DNA of 64,000 nucleotides, taken from positions 55,302 to 119,301 of the forward strand of contig JBBIIG010000003.1 of assembly GCA_037446635.1 (NCBI GenBank). The letters are read 5' to 3'. Below, piece after piece: positions 9,896 to 19,082 of this stretch. The notes beneath the pieces were generated by a model that searched no databases, was not told where the DNA came from, and was given only the letters and a program-made list of their open reading frames with translations. The stretch is from a bacterium. Its GTDB lineage: Bacteria > Zhuqueibacterota > Zhuqueibacteria > Oceanimicrobiales > Oceanimicrobiaceae. Position 1 is the stretch's first letter. Every line of letters begins with the position of its first letter. The position numbers and the translations under genes are program-made.

Positions 9896-10507
9896 TCAAA
9901 GTCGTTGTTGTATCTCTCCCAAAATCCCCTCCAACCACTTCGCGTCCTCGTTCATGTCATAATCATCTGTATCCACCACCAGCACGTTCCAGCTTTCTGA
10001 GATGCGTTTAATCCAGCGGTCGTAGTTGATGTTCAACTGCGCTAAGTATTCGCGGTCGATGTTTTTTTCGTAGCTACGGCCGCGTTTGCGGATGCGGCTG
10101 AGCAGCGTCCAGGTGGAGGCTTTGAGATAGACCACCAGTGCCGGCTTTTTCAACGCCTGCACCATGCCCTCGTACAGGCTGCGGTAGGATTCGTAATCCC
10201 GGGCTGACATCAATTCCCGCTGAAATAAATTCTCGGCGAAGATTTCGGCGTCTTCGTAAATGGTGCGATCCTGCACGCACACAACTTTGCTTTTCTGAAT
10301 TTGCAAGTGACTTTTGAAGCGCTCGGTGAGAAAAAAGATTTGCGAATGAAACGCCCAGCGCTGCATGTCCTGATAAAAATCCGCTAAGTATGGATTGTGA
10401 ACTTCCGGCTCGTAAAACACCTTCCAGCCGAAGCGTTCCTCCAGCACTTTGCTGAGGCTGGTTTTTCCCACCCCGATGTTGCCGGCAATAGCGATGAAGT
10501 TTGACAT
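9896..10507 (-). CDS. Deoxynucleoside kinase (dNK family)
   Basis: IAGNIGVGKT P-loop, QDRTIYED, RIRKRGRSYE lid; start placed at MSNF. Confidence 0.93.
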   Translation of the reverse strand: MSNFIAIAGNIGVGKTSLSKVLEERFGWKVFYEPEVHNPYLADFYQDMQRWAFHSQIFFLTERFKSHLQIQKSKVVCVQDRTIYEDAEIFAENLFQRELMSARDYESYRSLYEGMVQALKKPALVVYLKASTWTLLSRIRKRGRSYEKNIDREYLAQLNINYDRWIKRISESWNVLVVDTDDYDMNEDAKWLEGILGEIQQRL

Positions 10508-10544
10508 GGATGAAGTTTTTGCGTATAATTTCAAGCAACTATTT

Positions 10545-10832
10545 GGACGCTGATTGCGCAGATAAACGCTGATTATTACAATGTGAGACAATTTAGAGCT
10601 CCATTTCACTTGTACAGGTTCCTTAGACCTCACCCTTCCGCGAAGCGGATCCGCTTTGGCGGAAACCCTCTCCTATAAGGAGAGGGAACCGAATCCCTTC
10701 CCCTGTTACCTGCCTGCCGCAGACAGGAGGGAAGGTTAGGATGGGGTCATCTGATTGATGATACGAGCCTGCAAATATTTTTGAAAATGGTGTCCCAGAG
10801 AAATCAGCGTGAATCTGCGATCATCTGCGTCC
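10545..10832. repeat. Composite nested palindromic element
   Basis: Outer inverted repeats 10545-10574 / 10802-10832; inner CCCTCTCC/GGAGAGGG element 10625-10748 carrying mini-palindromes at 10637-10649, 10650-10663 and 10709-10727. Confidence 0.7.
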
Positions 10833-10887
10833 CAACTCACGGCGGCTAATTTCCAAATTTATTGCCCAATATGCAAGCGGTTTTTGC

Positions 10888-10914
10888 CAACCAAAACGAA
10901 TCTCAGTGGTCTAA
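10888..10914 (+). promoter_or_regulatory. Putative ECF-type autoregulatory promoter
   Basis: CAACC-N16-GTCTAA, 8 nt upstream of the sigma ATG. Confidence 0.45.
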
Positions 10915-10922
10915 TTGACTGA

Positions 10923-11507
10923 ATGCAATTGCAAATGGAACGCGAAGAAACGCTGATCAAAGAAGCACAATCGGGCAGCATCGTGGCATTTGAGGCACTG
11001 GTTCGACGGTACGACCAACAGGTGATGCAATTAGCGTTCAGTCTGGTGCATGACGTGCAGGACGCGCAGGACATTTATCAGGAAGTGTTCGTGCGGGTGT
11101 TTCGCAATTTGAAACGCTTTCAATTTCGCAGCCAGTTTTCCACCTGGCTCTATCGCGTGGTGGTGAACTATTGCATCAACTTCAACAGAAAGAAACGGCG
11201 AGCAAATTTTTTTTCTCTGAACGGCGAAAACGAAAATGGCGAGGCCACCTGGAGCGCGACCCTCAAGGGCACAGAAATCAGTCCCGAAGATTCGATGCTC
11301 AACCAGGAGCTGTCGGTGAAAATCGAACACGCCGTCGCGCAGTTATCGCCCAAACAGAAGACGGTGTTTGTGCTGCGGCATTATCAGGGCATGAAGCTTC
11401 AGGAGATTGCGAACATTCTCAAGTGCTCGGAAGGCACCGTCAAAAATTATCTTTTCCGAGCCACGCAGAAAATGCAAAGTTTGCTGAGGGAATATTCAAA
11501 AATTTAA
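10923..11507 (+). CDS. ECF RNA polymerase sigma factor
   Basis: DAQDIYQEVF, FSTWLYRVVVN, EIANILKCSEGTVKNYLFRA. Confidence 0.95.
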   Translation: MQLQMEREETLIKEAQSGSIVAFEALVRRYDQQVMQLAFSLVHDVQDAQDIYQEVFVRVFRNLKRFQFRSQFSTWLYRVVVNYCINFNRKKRRANFFSLNGENENGEATWSATLKGTEISPEDSMLNQELSVKIEHAVAQLSPKQKTVFVLRHYQGMKLQEIANILKCSEGTVKNYLFRATQKMQSLLREYSKI

Positions 11508-11665
11508 CACATTGGAGTCAAATCTAATTTGACGGGGATTTGATTATTAACAGATTCCTCACTCCGCCAATCGGCAGAGCCGATCCGCTTTTGCGGAAAA
11601 ACGTCGGGGTTCGGGATGACAGGGCAATAGGATCAAACTTAATCAAGCTCTAAATAAAAGGACCC

Positions 11666-12622
11666 ATGAAAAAAAGCAAACACATTGAAAAACTGATCCC
11701 GCTCTATTTTTACGATGAGCTGAGCGCGATCGAGAAACAGCAGATGGAGGCGCACCTCGAGGATTGCGAGCTGTGCCGGCAGCGGTTCGAGGAGACGCGG
11801 CTTTTGCACGAGGCGCTGGATCGCAAAATTGTGATGCAGCCTTCTGAACAGGTGCTAACTCAAGCGCGGGCGCAATTGCGTGATCGTCTGCGTCAGGAGA
11901 AACTGGCGCGCTTGCGCGATCCCTGGTGGCAGCGGCTTTCCGATTTCATCTCCAATGCAAAGCCGGCGTGGCAACTGGCGGGCGCCGCCGCGTTGTTGGC
12001 GATCGGTGTAATGGCTGGCAAACTTGTGTGGGCGCCGTCGGCGGCGCGCCCGACGGTTTCGGCGCCGGCCGCCGGCATCCAGTCGCCGGAGGCCGCTTCC
12101 CCTTTCATCAGCAACATCGATCTGATTGAATATGATCCGCAAACCGGCAACGTCACCATCAAATACAAAAGCATCAGCGATGTGCTGGTGCAGGGCAAAG
12201 CGGATGATGAACCCATTCGCAATTTGCTGGCTTACGCCATTCGCACCGAGGGCAATCCGGGGCGACGGCTGGCGGCGGTGAAAGCCGTCAGCAGCCAAAC
12301 CTCGTCGGACGCGGAGTTGGAGAACGCGCTGATTCACGCGCTCGAAAACGACACCGTCGATGGCGTCCGCTTGCGCGCGGCTCAGGCGCTGCGCTCGCTG
12401 CCAATGAATGACGTCATCAAAAAAGCCTTCATTCGAATTTTGATAAAAGATCCCAATCCTTCCATTCGTATCGTGGCCGTGGAGGCGCTGAGTCAGGTGA
12501 AGGAAGAAGCAGACGTGCTGCCGGTTTTTCAAGACGTGGCCAAAGACGACGAGAACGACTTTATTCGCTTAAAAACCTCCAGCGCTCTGGAGCGACTGGA
12601 AAATCCAAAAATAGAGAAATAG
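11666..12622 (+). CDS. Anti-sigma factor: zf-HC2 zinc finger, TM, HEAT repeats
   Basis: HLEDCELC (HxxxCxxC), one TM, periplasmic HEAT-like repeats (ALENDTVDGVRLRAA, DPNPSIRIVAVEAL). Confidence 0.88.
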   Translation: MKKSKHIEKLIPLYFYDELSAIEKQQMEAHLEDCELCRQRFEETRLLHEALDRKIVMQPSEQVLTQARAQLRDRLRQEKLARLRDPWWQRLSDFISNAKPAWQLAGAAALLAIGVMAGKLVWAPSAARPTVSAPAAGIQSPEAASPFISNIDLIEYDPQTGNVTIKYKSISDVLVQGKADDEPIRNLLAYAIRTEGNPGRRLAAVKAVSSQTSSDAELENALIHALENDTVDGVRLRAAQALRSLPMNDVIKKAFIRILIKDPNPSIRIVAVEALSQVKEEADVLPVFQDVAKDDENDFIRLKTSSALERLENPKIEK

Positions 12623-12640
12623 ATTTTAAAGGAGAATAGC

Positions 12641-13930
12641 ATGATGAAGAAGCTTGAAAGAACATGGCTGGTTTGGGCTGCGAGCTTGTTCGTGTTGATA
12701 ATATTGAATGATGAAAGCCATTCACAGGAGCTGACCAAAAAGGGGCGATATTACATCGCCGAGGTAACCAAAAATTTTACCGCCAGGCCCGGCGGCACGC
12801 TGCGAATTTACGACATCCGCGGCAACGTGGATGTGCAGAGCTGGGATAAAAACGAAGTGCTGGTTAAAGAATACAAAAAAATTGATGCTCGCTCTGAGCG
12901 CGAGGCAAAAGAGATTCTGGAAAAATCCCGCTCCGGTTATTCCCAACGCGGAGACGTGATTGAAATTGGCGGCGATTATTACGATCGCGATTGGATGGAA
13001 AGCGACTACGTGGTAACCGTCCCCAAAAATTTTAATGTTGATATTCGAACCCGCGGCGGCGATGTGAATGTTGGACATCTAACCGGCAAAGTTGACCTGA
13101 TGACTTCCGGCGGCGAAATTCGTTTGAATGATATCGATGGCCCGGTGGACGCGAAAACCTCCGGCGGCGATATCGAAGTCATCAACTCGAAGCAGCGCAC
13201 CAGCGTCTCCACCTCCGGCGGCGATTTGGATTTGGAGGACATCGGCGGGCCGCTGATTGCCAAAACCTCCGGCGGCGACATCACTCTGCGCGGCTCGCGG
13301 GACCGCGCCGTCATTCACACTTCCGGCGGCGACATTTTCATCAGCGATGCCGGCGGCGCGGTGGAGGCGCACACCTCCGGCGGCGATATTGAAATTTCCA
13401 ATACCAAAGGCGCGGCGGAAGTGCACACCTCCGGCGGCGACATCCAGTTGCGCAATATCGGTGGCACGCTGCAAGCCTCCACTTCCGGCGGCGATATTGT
13501 GGGCCGCGGCATTCAGGGCGGCGCGGAAATTTCCACTTCCGGCGGCGAAATTGAATTGTTGGATGTGAAGGGCGGCGTCTATGCCAAAACCGCCGGCGGC
13601 GATATCACGGTTGAGATTACGCTGACCGATTTTAAGGTGGATCACCGCACCAGTTTGCGCACCGCCGGCGGCGAAATTACCCTCTACATTCCGGAAAAAA
13701 TGCCGGCCTCCATTCGCGCCGAAATTGAAATCACCGACCGCTGGGAAGACTACAATATCTATTCCGATTTTCCGCTCACCAGCTCATCGGAGTCCAGCAG
13801 TGGCGAAAGCCGGCGCTGGCGCAGCCGCAAATTTATCCGCGGCGAAGGCGACATCAACGGCGGCGGCGATTTCATCGAGCTGTACACCACCGACGGCGAC
13901 ATTCACATTAAAAAATTGCTGAAAAAGTAG
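12641..13930 (+). CDS. DUF4097-family beta-strand repeat protein
   Basis: Signal peptide; many 22-aa TSGGD(I) repeats. Confidence 0.88.
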   Translation: MMKKLERTWLVWAASLFVLIILNDESHSQELTKKGRYYIAEVTKNFTARPGGTLRIYDIRGNVDVQSWDKNEVLVKEYKKIDARSEREAKEILEKSRSGYSQRGDVIEIGGDYYDRDWMESDYVVTVPKNFNVDIRTRGGDVNVGHLTGKVDLMTSGGEIRLNDIDGPVDAKTSGGDIEVINSKQRTSVSTSGGDLDLEDIGGPLIAKTSGGDITLRGSRDRAVIHTSGGDIFISDAGGAVEAHTSGGDIEISNTKGAAEVHTSGGDIQLRNIGGTLQASTSGGDIVGRGIQGGAEISTSGGEIELLDVKGGVYAKTAGGDITVEITLTDFKVDHRTSLRTAGGEITLYIPEKMPASIRAEIEITDRWEDYNIYSDFPLTSSSESSSGESRRWRSRKFIRGEGDINGGGDFIELYTTDGDIHIKKLLKK

Positions 13931-13941
13931 GGACTGAAAAA

Positions 13942-14925
13942 ATGAAAACGAAAAAAGTATGGCTGCCATTTGCGACCATTTTTTGGTTGGCTGCCAACGC
14001 CAACGCCGTCCAAGATTTTGAGCGGCGAATCGAAAAAAGTTTTCAAGTTCAAAAAGGCGGGACACTGTTTCTAAAAACCGATCGCGGCTCGGTGACAATT
14101 CGCGCGCACGCCGCCGAGGAAGTGAAGGTCGATGTGATGCTGGAGGCCGACACCCGCAATCGCGAGCGCGCCAAAGAGTGGTTGGACGAGTTTGAGATCA
14201 GCTTCGAGCAGCGCGGCAGCGATGTGGACATTCGCGGCGAGTGGCCGCACGAATGGTCGTGGCACAGCGATCGCTTGAAGGTGCACTTCGATATTCTCGT
14301 CCCGCAGCAGTACAACCTCGATGTTGAAACCGCCGGCGGCAGCATCGACGTCGGCGATCTCAAGGGCGAAGTTAAGTTGCAAACCTCTGGCGGCAGCATC
14401 ACTACGGGGCGCATCGGCGGTCCGGTTTCGGCGCACACTTCGGGCGGCAGCATCTCGATTGCCGGCGCCAAAGGCGAAACCGTGGCGCACACCGCCGGCG
14501 GCGGCATCACCCTCGGAGAAATCGACGGCTCCGCCGACGCCAAAACCTCTGGTGGCTCGATCACAGTGGAAGGCGTCAACGGCGATCTGCAGGCGCGCAC
14601 CTCCGGCGGCAGTCTGCGGCTGCAAAACGTCAGCGGAAATCTAATTGCTAAAACTTCCGGCGGCTCGATTACCGCCCGCTTGCTCAAGCAGATCAATGCG
14701 CCGGCGGATCTCGAAACCTCCGGCGGCAGCATCCGCTTGGAGATTCCTCCCGATTTCAAAGCCGATATCGACGCCTCCACCTCCGGCGGCCGCGTTTACG
14801 CCGATCTACCCATTATAGTTCGCGGCGTCATCGACAAAAGCGATTTGCGCGGCAAACTCAACGGCGGCGGAGCGTTGATCACCCTTCGCACCTCCGGCGG
14901 CAGCATCGAGATTCGCGAGCGGTAG
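13942..14925 (+). CDS. DUF4097-family beta-strand repeat protein
   Basis: Signal peptide; TSGGSI repeats; GKLNGGG...LRTSGGSI C-terminus. Confidence 0.88.
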   Translation: MKTKKVWLPFATIFWLAANANAVQDFERRIEKSFQVQKGGTLFLKTDRGSVTIRAHAAEEVKVDVMLEADTRNRERAKEWLDEFEISFEQRGSDVDIRGEWPHEWSWHSDRLKVHFDILVPQQYNLDVETAGGSIDVGDLKGEVKLQTSGGSITTGRIGGPVSAHTSGGSISIAGAKGETVAHTAGGGITLGEIDGSADAKTSGGSITVEGVNGDLQARTSGGSLRLQNVSGNLIAKTSGGSITARLLKQINAPADLETSGGSIRLEIPPDFKADIDASTSGGRVYADLPIIVRGVIDKSDLRGKLNGGGALITLRTSGGSIEIRER

Positions 14926-14956
14926 AGCCGAACAACCGCCAAATTTGCGCGATCAC

Positions 14957-14996
14957 AACAGGCCGCTTCAAGTTACTCGAAGCGGCCTGTTTGTTT
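14957..14996 (+). terminator. Intrinsic terminator
   Basis: 13-bp stem AACAGGCCGCTTC/GAAGCGGCCTGTT followed by a T-rich tract. Confidence 0.8.
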
Positions 14997-15011
14997 CCAC
15001 AGAAAAATGGC

Positions 15012-15040
15012 TTGAAAAATTTAGCGAAAACTCGTACCAT
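15012..15040 (+). promoter_or_regulatory. Putative sigma70 promoter for Uma2 copy 1
   Basis: TTGAAA-N17-TACCAT. Confidence 0.5.
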
Positions 15041-15069
15041 TTCCACAAGTAAATTTGTGAGAATCTGTT

Positions 15070-15687
15070 ATGGAAACAATGGCAAAAGAAAAGTCCGAAA
15101 AAAAAGTCCTGGTGACCGAAGAGGAATTTTTAGAGATTTGCGACGAGGATGTGCGCGCGGAATTTATTGATGGGAGGATTATCGTGCATTCACCAGCATC
15201 ATTAATTCATGTGGACTTAAGTGGTTTTGTTTACACTCTGGTGAAGTTGTTTGTAAGGAAGCATAAACTTGGAAGAGTAATAGGTAACAATTTTCAAGTT
15301 CGGCTGCGTCCTGGCCTGCGGCGCGTTCCGGACCTGATGTTCATCGCCAGTAACAACACCGTTACGATTACCGAAACCCAAGTCGATGGCGCGCCGGATT
15401 TGGTTGTTGAGATCGTTTCCCCGGATAGCGTGGAACGCGACTGGCGAGACAAGTTTTTTGAATACGAGATAGCGGGCGTCAAAGAATATTGGGTTCTCGA
15501 TCACGGCAATCGCCGATTTGAAATCTACTGTTTGAACGAAAAGGGTAAATACGAAGCTCAGCCGAAAACCAAAGGTGTGGTAAAGTCGCAAGTGCTGCCG
15601 GGTTTTTGGCTGAAGGCGGAGTGGTTTTGGCAGGAACCCCTTCCTGACGAGCTGGCGGTGGCAAAGGAATTGAAGATCAAGATCTGA
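15070..15687 (+). CDS. Uma2-family (PD-(D/E)xK-like) putative endonuclease, copy 1
   Basis: VPDL, GAPDLVVEIVSP, K..EY..AGVKEYWVLD. Confidence 0.92.
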   Translation: METMAKEKSEKKVLVTEEEFLEICDEDVRAEFIDGRIIVHSPASLIHVDLSGFVYTLVKLFVRKHKLGRVIGNNFQVRLRPGLRRVPDLMFIASNNTVTITETQVDGAPDLVVEIVSPDSVERDWRDKFFEYEIAGVKEYWVLDHGNRRFEIYCLNEKGKYEAQPKTKGVVKSQVLPGFWLKAEWFWQEPLPDELAVAKELKIKI

Positions 15688-15835
15688 CTTGAATAAACTA
15701 TCTATGGCATAATCTCGATAATTATTATTCTTTCTTACAAAGCGGATGAATGGAGTAGTGGATTGATGGATTGATAAAAATCCAGTGATCCATCAATCTA
15801 TTAATCCAGTGAATTTATAAATCTAACTCTGGCTA

Positions 15836-16507
15836 ATGAATCCCACCCCGCGCGTCAAAATCTGCTGCATCCAAAGCGTGGAAGAAGCCTGGCTGGCCAT
15901 CCGGCACGGCGCGTCAGCGCTGGGACTGGTTTCGGAAATGCCCAGCGGCCCGGGCGTGATTTCCGAGGAAATGATTACTGAAATCGCTGCCGCCGTTCCG
16001 CCGGGCGTGGCCACGTTTCTGCTCACCAGCCGGCAGGACGCCGAGTCCATCATCGCGCAGCAGCGCCGCTGCCGAGTGAACACTCTGCAACTGGTGGATC
16101 GTCTGGAACGCGGCAGCTACGGCGACCTGCGCCGCGCCCTGCCCGGCATCAAAATCGTGCAGGTCATTCACGTCACCGGCGAGGAATCGGTGGCGGAGGC
16201 CGTGGCCGTCGCCCCGCAGGTGGACGCGATTTTACTGGACTCCGGCAACCCCGCCCTCAAAGTCAAAGAGTTGGGCGGCACAGGCCGCGTCCACGACTGG
16301 CACCTCAGCAAACAAATCCGCGCACGCATCCCCATCCCCCTTTACCTCGCCGGCGGCCTCAAACCCGAAAACGTCGCCGAGGCCATTCGACAGGTAAGCC
16401 CGTTCGGCCTGGACATCTGCAGCGGTGTACGCACCGCCGGCAAATTGGACGAGTCGAAATTGGCGGACTTTTTCGCCGCCGTTCGCGCCGCGTCCCAGGC
16501 TGTTTAG
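15836..16507 (+). CDS. trpF: Phosphoribosylanthranilate isomerase
   Basis: RVKICCI, ILLDSG...GGTGRVHDW, LAGGLKPENV, DICSGV. Confidence 0.88.
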   Translation: MNPTPRVKICCIQSVEEAWLAIRHGASALGLVSEMPSGPGVISEEMITEIAAAVPPGVATFLLTSRQDAESIIAQQRRCRVNTLQLVDRLERGSYGDLRRALPGIKIVQVIHVTGEESVAEAVAVAPQVDAILLDSGNPALKVKELGGTGRVHDWHLSKQIRARIPIPLYLAGGLKPENVAEAIRQVSPFGLDICSGVRTAGKLDESKLADFFAAVRAASQAV

Positions 16508-16584
16508 CGCCAAAAATCTGTTGCATTAATCTTTGCAAAATCCTACTATATTTTCGAAAAAAAGGCTGTCCGAAAGAGATAATC

Positions 16585-17208
16585 ATGGAAATCGTCACCC
16601 AAGAAAGACTCAAGAAAATACCGCGGGATCAAATGACCGAAGCGGAGTTTCTGGATATCTGCGACGAAGACCTGCGCGCGGAATTTGTGGATGGGAGGAT
16701 TATTGTGCACTCACCAGCATCATTAGACCATGTCGATTTGAGCACGTTTATCGTGACTCTTGTAAAAATGTTTGTCGATAAGCAAAGTTTAGGCAGAGTA
16801 TTAGGAGACAATTTTCAGGTACGGCTTCGCCCCGGCCTGCGGCGTGTTCCGGATTTGGTTTTTATTTCCAACGACAACAAAGTCAAGATCACCAAAACCG
16901 AAATCGACGGCGCGCCGGATTTGGTGGTCGAAATCGTTTCCCCCGACAGCGTCGAGCGCGATTGGCGCGACAAATACTTCGAATACGAAAAAGCCAAAAT
17001 CCGCGAATACTGGGTGATCGATCCACTCAGCAAGCGGTTTCAAATGTACTGCTTAAATGCAAAAGGCAAATTTGTTGCACAACCGGCTGAAAAGGGAGCC
17101 CTGAAATCGAACGTTCTGCGCGGCTTCTGGCTGAAACCGGAATGGCTCTGGCAGGAGCCGTCGCCCAACGTGGTGGCGGTAGCCAAAGAGTTGAAGATTA
17201 GAATTTAA
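16585..17208 (+). CDS. Uma2-family putative endonuclease, copy 2
   Basis: Same motifs; TTGCAT-N17-TACTAT promoter-like sequence at 16521-16549. Confidence 0.92.
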   Translation: MEIVTQERLKKIPRDQMTEAEFLDICDEDLRAEFVDGRIIVHSPASLDHVDLSTFIVTLVKMFVDKQSLGRVLGDNFQVRLRPGLRRVPDLVFISNDNKVKITKTEIDGAPDLVVEIVSPDSVERDWRDKYFEYEKAKIREYWVIDPLSKRFQMYCLNAKGKFVAQPAEKGALKSNVLRGFWLKPEWLWQEPSPNVVAVAKELKIRI

Positions 17209-17232
17209 TTTTTGCAGCTCAAACGGATCATC

Positions 17233-17856
17233 ATGGAAACAATGACGTCAGAAAAAATCAAGAACATGCCGCTGGATCAATTTATGACTGAAGCGGAATT
17301 TCTGGATCTGTGCGACGAAGACGTTCGCGCCGAATTTGTGGATGGGAGGATTATTGTGCACTCACCAGCATCTTTTCAACACGTGAGAATTGCAGCCTTT
17401 GTAACTACTCTCGTTCAAATGTTTGTTGACAAGTACAACTTGGGAACCGTATTGGGAGATAATTTCCAACTTCGTATTCGTCCCGGATTGCGGCGCGTGC
17501 CGGACTTAATCTTTGTTGCCGCTGAAAACAGCGTGACCATCACTCAAACCGAAATCGACGGCGCGCCGGATTTGGTGGTCGAAATCGTTTCCCCCGACAG
17601 CGTCGAGCGCGATTGGCGCGACAAATACTTCGAATACGAAAAAGCCAAAATCCGCGAATACTGGGTGATCGATCCCAGCAGCAAGCGGGTTCAAATCTAC
17701 GTTCTAAATGAGAAGAACAAATTTGTTGCACAACCGGCTGAAAAAGGAGTCGTGAAATCAAGCGTTCTGCGCGGCTTCTGGCTGAAACCGGAATGGCTCT
17801 GGCAGGAGCCGCTGCCGAATGTTCTGAAAGTGGCGAAGGAATTGAAAATAATTTAG
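17233..17856 (+). CDS. Uma2-family putative endonuclease, copy 3
   Basis: Same motifs; start at METMT by analogy with the paralogs. Confidence 0.92.
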   Translation: METMTSEKIKNMPLDQFMTEAEFLDLCDEDVRAEFVDGRIIVHSPASFQHVRIAAFVTTLVQMFVDKYNLGTVLGDNFQLRIRPGLRRVPDLIFVAAENSVTITQTEIDGAPDLVVEIVSPDSVERDWRDKYFEYEKAKIREYWVIDPSSKRVQIYVLNEKNKFVAQPAEKGVVKSSVLRGFWLKPEWLWQEPLPNVLKVAKELKII

Positions 17857-18031
17857 GCTTGCTTTGATCTGCTCAAATTGCCGTAGAGACGTTGCATGAA
17901 AACGTTCTAGGGAATCAAAAAAAAAGATCAGCCCATCATGAAAGTTTACCTCAAAAAATGGCGCGAGGAATCTGTTTTCGAGGATGTAAAAATATCTGAG
18001 CCAGTAAACGCATTTTAGGCAAAAATCAATC

Positions 18032-18310
18032 ATGCTAATTTGCCGCGTAGTGGGAGACGTCGTCTCCACTCAAAAAAACGTTCACCTCGAGGGACACAAA
18101 CTGCTGCTGGTGCAGCCGGTCGATCTCGACGGCAGCACTCCGTTGGGCACTTCGATGATCGCGGTGGACAAAGTAGATGCCGGCGATGGCGATCTGGTGC
18201 TGGTCAACAAAGAAGGCGGCTCCGCGCGGCTACTGTTGGGGGATGATGAAATTCCAGTGCAGGCGGTGATTGTGGGAGTGATTGATGGGATGGAAGTGGT
18301 GAAGCAGTAA
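18032..18310 (+). CDS. EutN/CcmL-family bacterial microcompartment vertex (BMC-P) protein
   Basis: RVVGDVVSTQK...KLLLVQP...IAVDKVDAGDGDLVLV..EGGSAR...IVGVID. Confidence 0.93.
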   Translation: MLICRVVGDVVSTQKNVHLEGHKLLLVQPVDLDGSTPLGTSMIAVDKVDAGDGDLVLVNKEGGSARLLLGDDEIPVQAVIVGVIDGMEVVKQ

Positions 18311-18311
18311 T

Positions 18312-18512
18312 ATGGAAATTCGGCCAATTAAAACTGATGCTGATTACCAAAAAGCTCTCAAAGAAATCGAGAAGCTATTCGATGCTACTCCCGGTTCAAA
18401 GGAAACGGATCCTGTCGAGGCTATTAAGTATTTTATTAAAAGCCGTGGTTTGTCACCCAAAGATTGGTGTGAATTACAGAATCATCTTTTTTTAATTAAG
18501 GAGTTGTCATGA
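18312..18512 (+). pseudogene. Degenerate HigA-like antitoxin remnant
   Basis: MEIRPIKTDADYQKALKEIEKLFDA.PGS and DPVEAIKY...RGL motifs present, but the intervening segment and the HTH are missing. Confidence 0.65.
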
Positions 18513-18781
18513 AAAATCAACTCGCCGACGAAGAAACATTTGCTCTGATTGAGTCCGAGGCCAATTTAGAGTCTCTGGTTGAGCAAGTTCAGAAAAGCAA
18601 ACGGCCATTAATCCTAATGCATGATAGCGAAAGCAAAGCGGTGCTTCTAAACATCGAGGACTACCAGACTTTGCTTGAGGAATTGGAAGTTCTAAGAGAT
18701 ATTCATGTTGCTGAGGAACAGCTTCGTAACGGTCAATTCATCAGTAACCGCGAAGCCAGAAAGCGTCTGTTAGGTCGTTGA
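18509..18781 (+). CDS. Phd/YefM-family antitoxin
   Basis: LVEQVQKSKRPLIL...AVLLNIEDYQ; adjacent to the toxin. Confidence 0.8.
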   Translation: MKNQLADEETFALIESEANLESLVEQVQKSKRPLILMHDSESKAVLLNIEDYQTLLEELEVLRDIHVAEEQLRNGQFISNREARKRLLGR

Positions 18782-19077
18782 TGAAACTCATTTGGACTGA
18801 AAAGGCAATCGAGCGCGTTGAGGCTATTGCCGATCACATCGCTCGTGACAGTCCATTTGCAAGCCAAAAATGGAAAACCGAAATTTACCAACGAGTTCAG
18901 CCACTGAGGCTTTTCCCCAGAATGGGGAGAGTTGTACCTGAAACCAACCGAGACGACACAAGAGAGAGCTTCCACGGTGCGTATCGCATTATCTATCGAA
19001 TTGAAGCAAAAAGAATTGCTGGGTTGACTGTTCGCCATGGAATGCAACATCTCAAACTCGAAGAAATCAATAAATAA
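18781..19077 (+). CDS. RelE/ParE-family toxin
   Basis: LIWTEKA...IARDSP...[10 protein letters not shown]...YRIIYRI...VRHG. Confidence 0.88.
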   Translation: MKLIWTEKAIERVEAIADHIARDSPFASQKWKTEIYQRVQPLRLFPRMGRVVPETNRDDTRESFHGAYRIIYRIEAKRIAGLTVRHGMQHLKLEEINK

Positions 19078-19082
19078 TTCCA

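Noticed and set aside
13050..14900. ACCTCCGGCGGC repeats at ~66-bp spacing, superficially CRISPR-like
   Set aside because: They are the TSGG codons of 22-aa DUF4097 protein repeats: in frame, degenerate at wobble positions, and no cas genes nearby
15070..17856. Uma2 variable block as a diversity-generating retroelement target
   Set aside because: No reverse transcriptase or template repeat in the window, and the differences are not confined to adenines
17938..18006. Short ORF MKVYLKKWREESVFEDVKYLSQ upstream of eutN
   Set aside because: No convincing RBS and not recognisable; may be a gene remnant but cannot be supported
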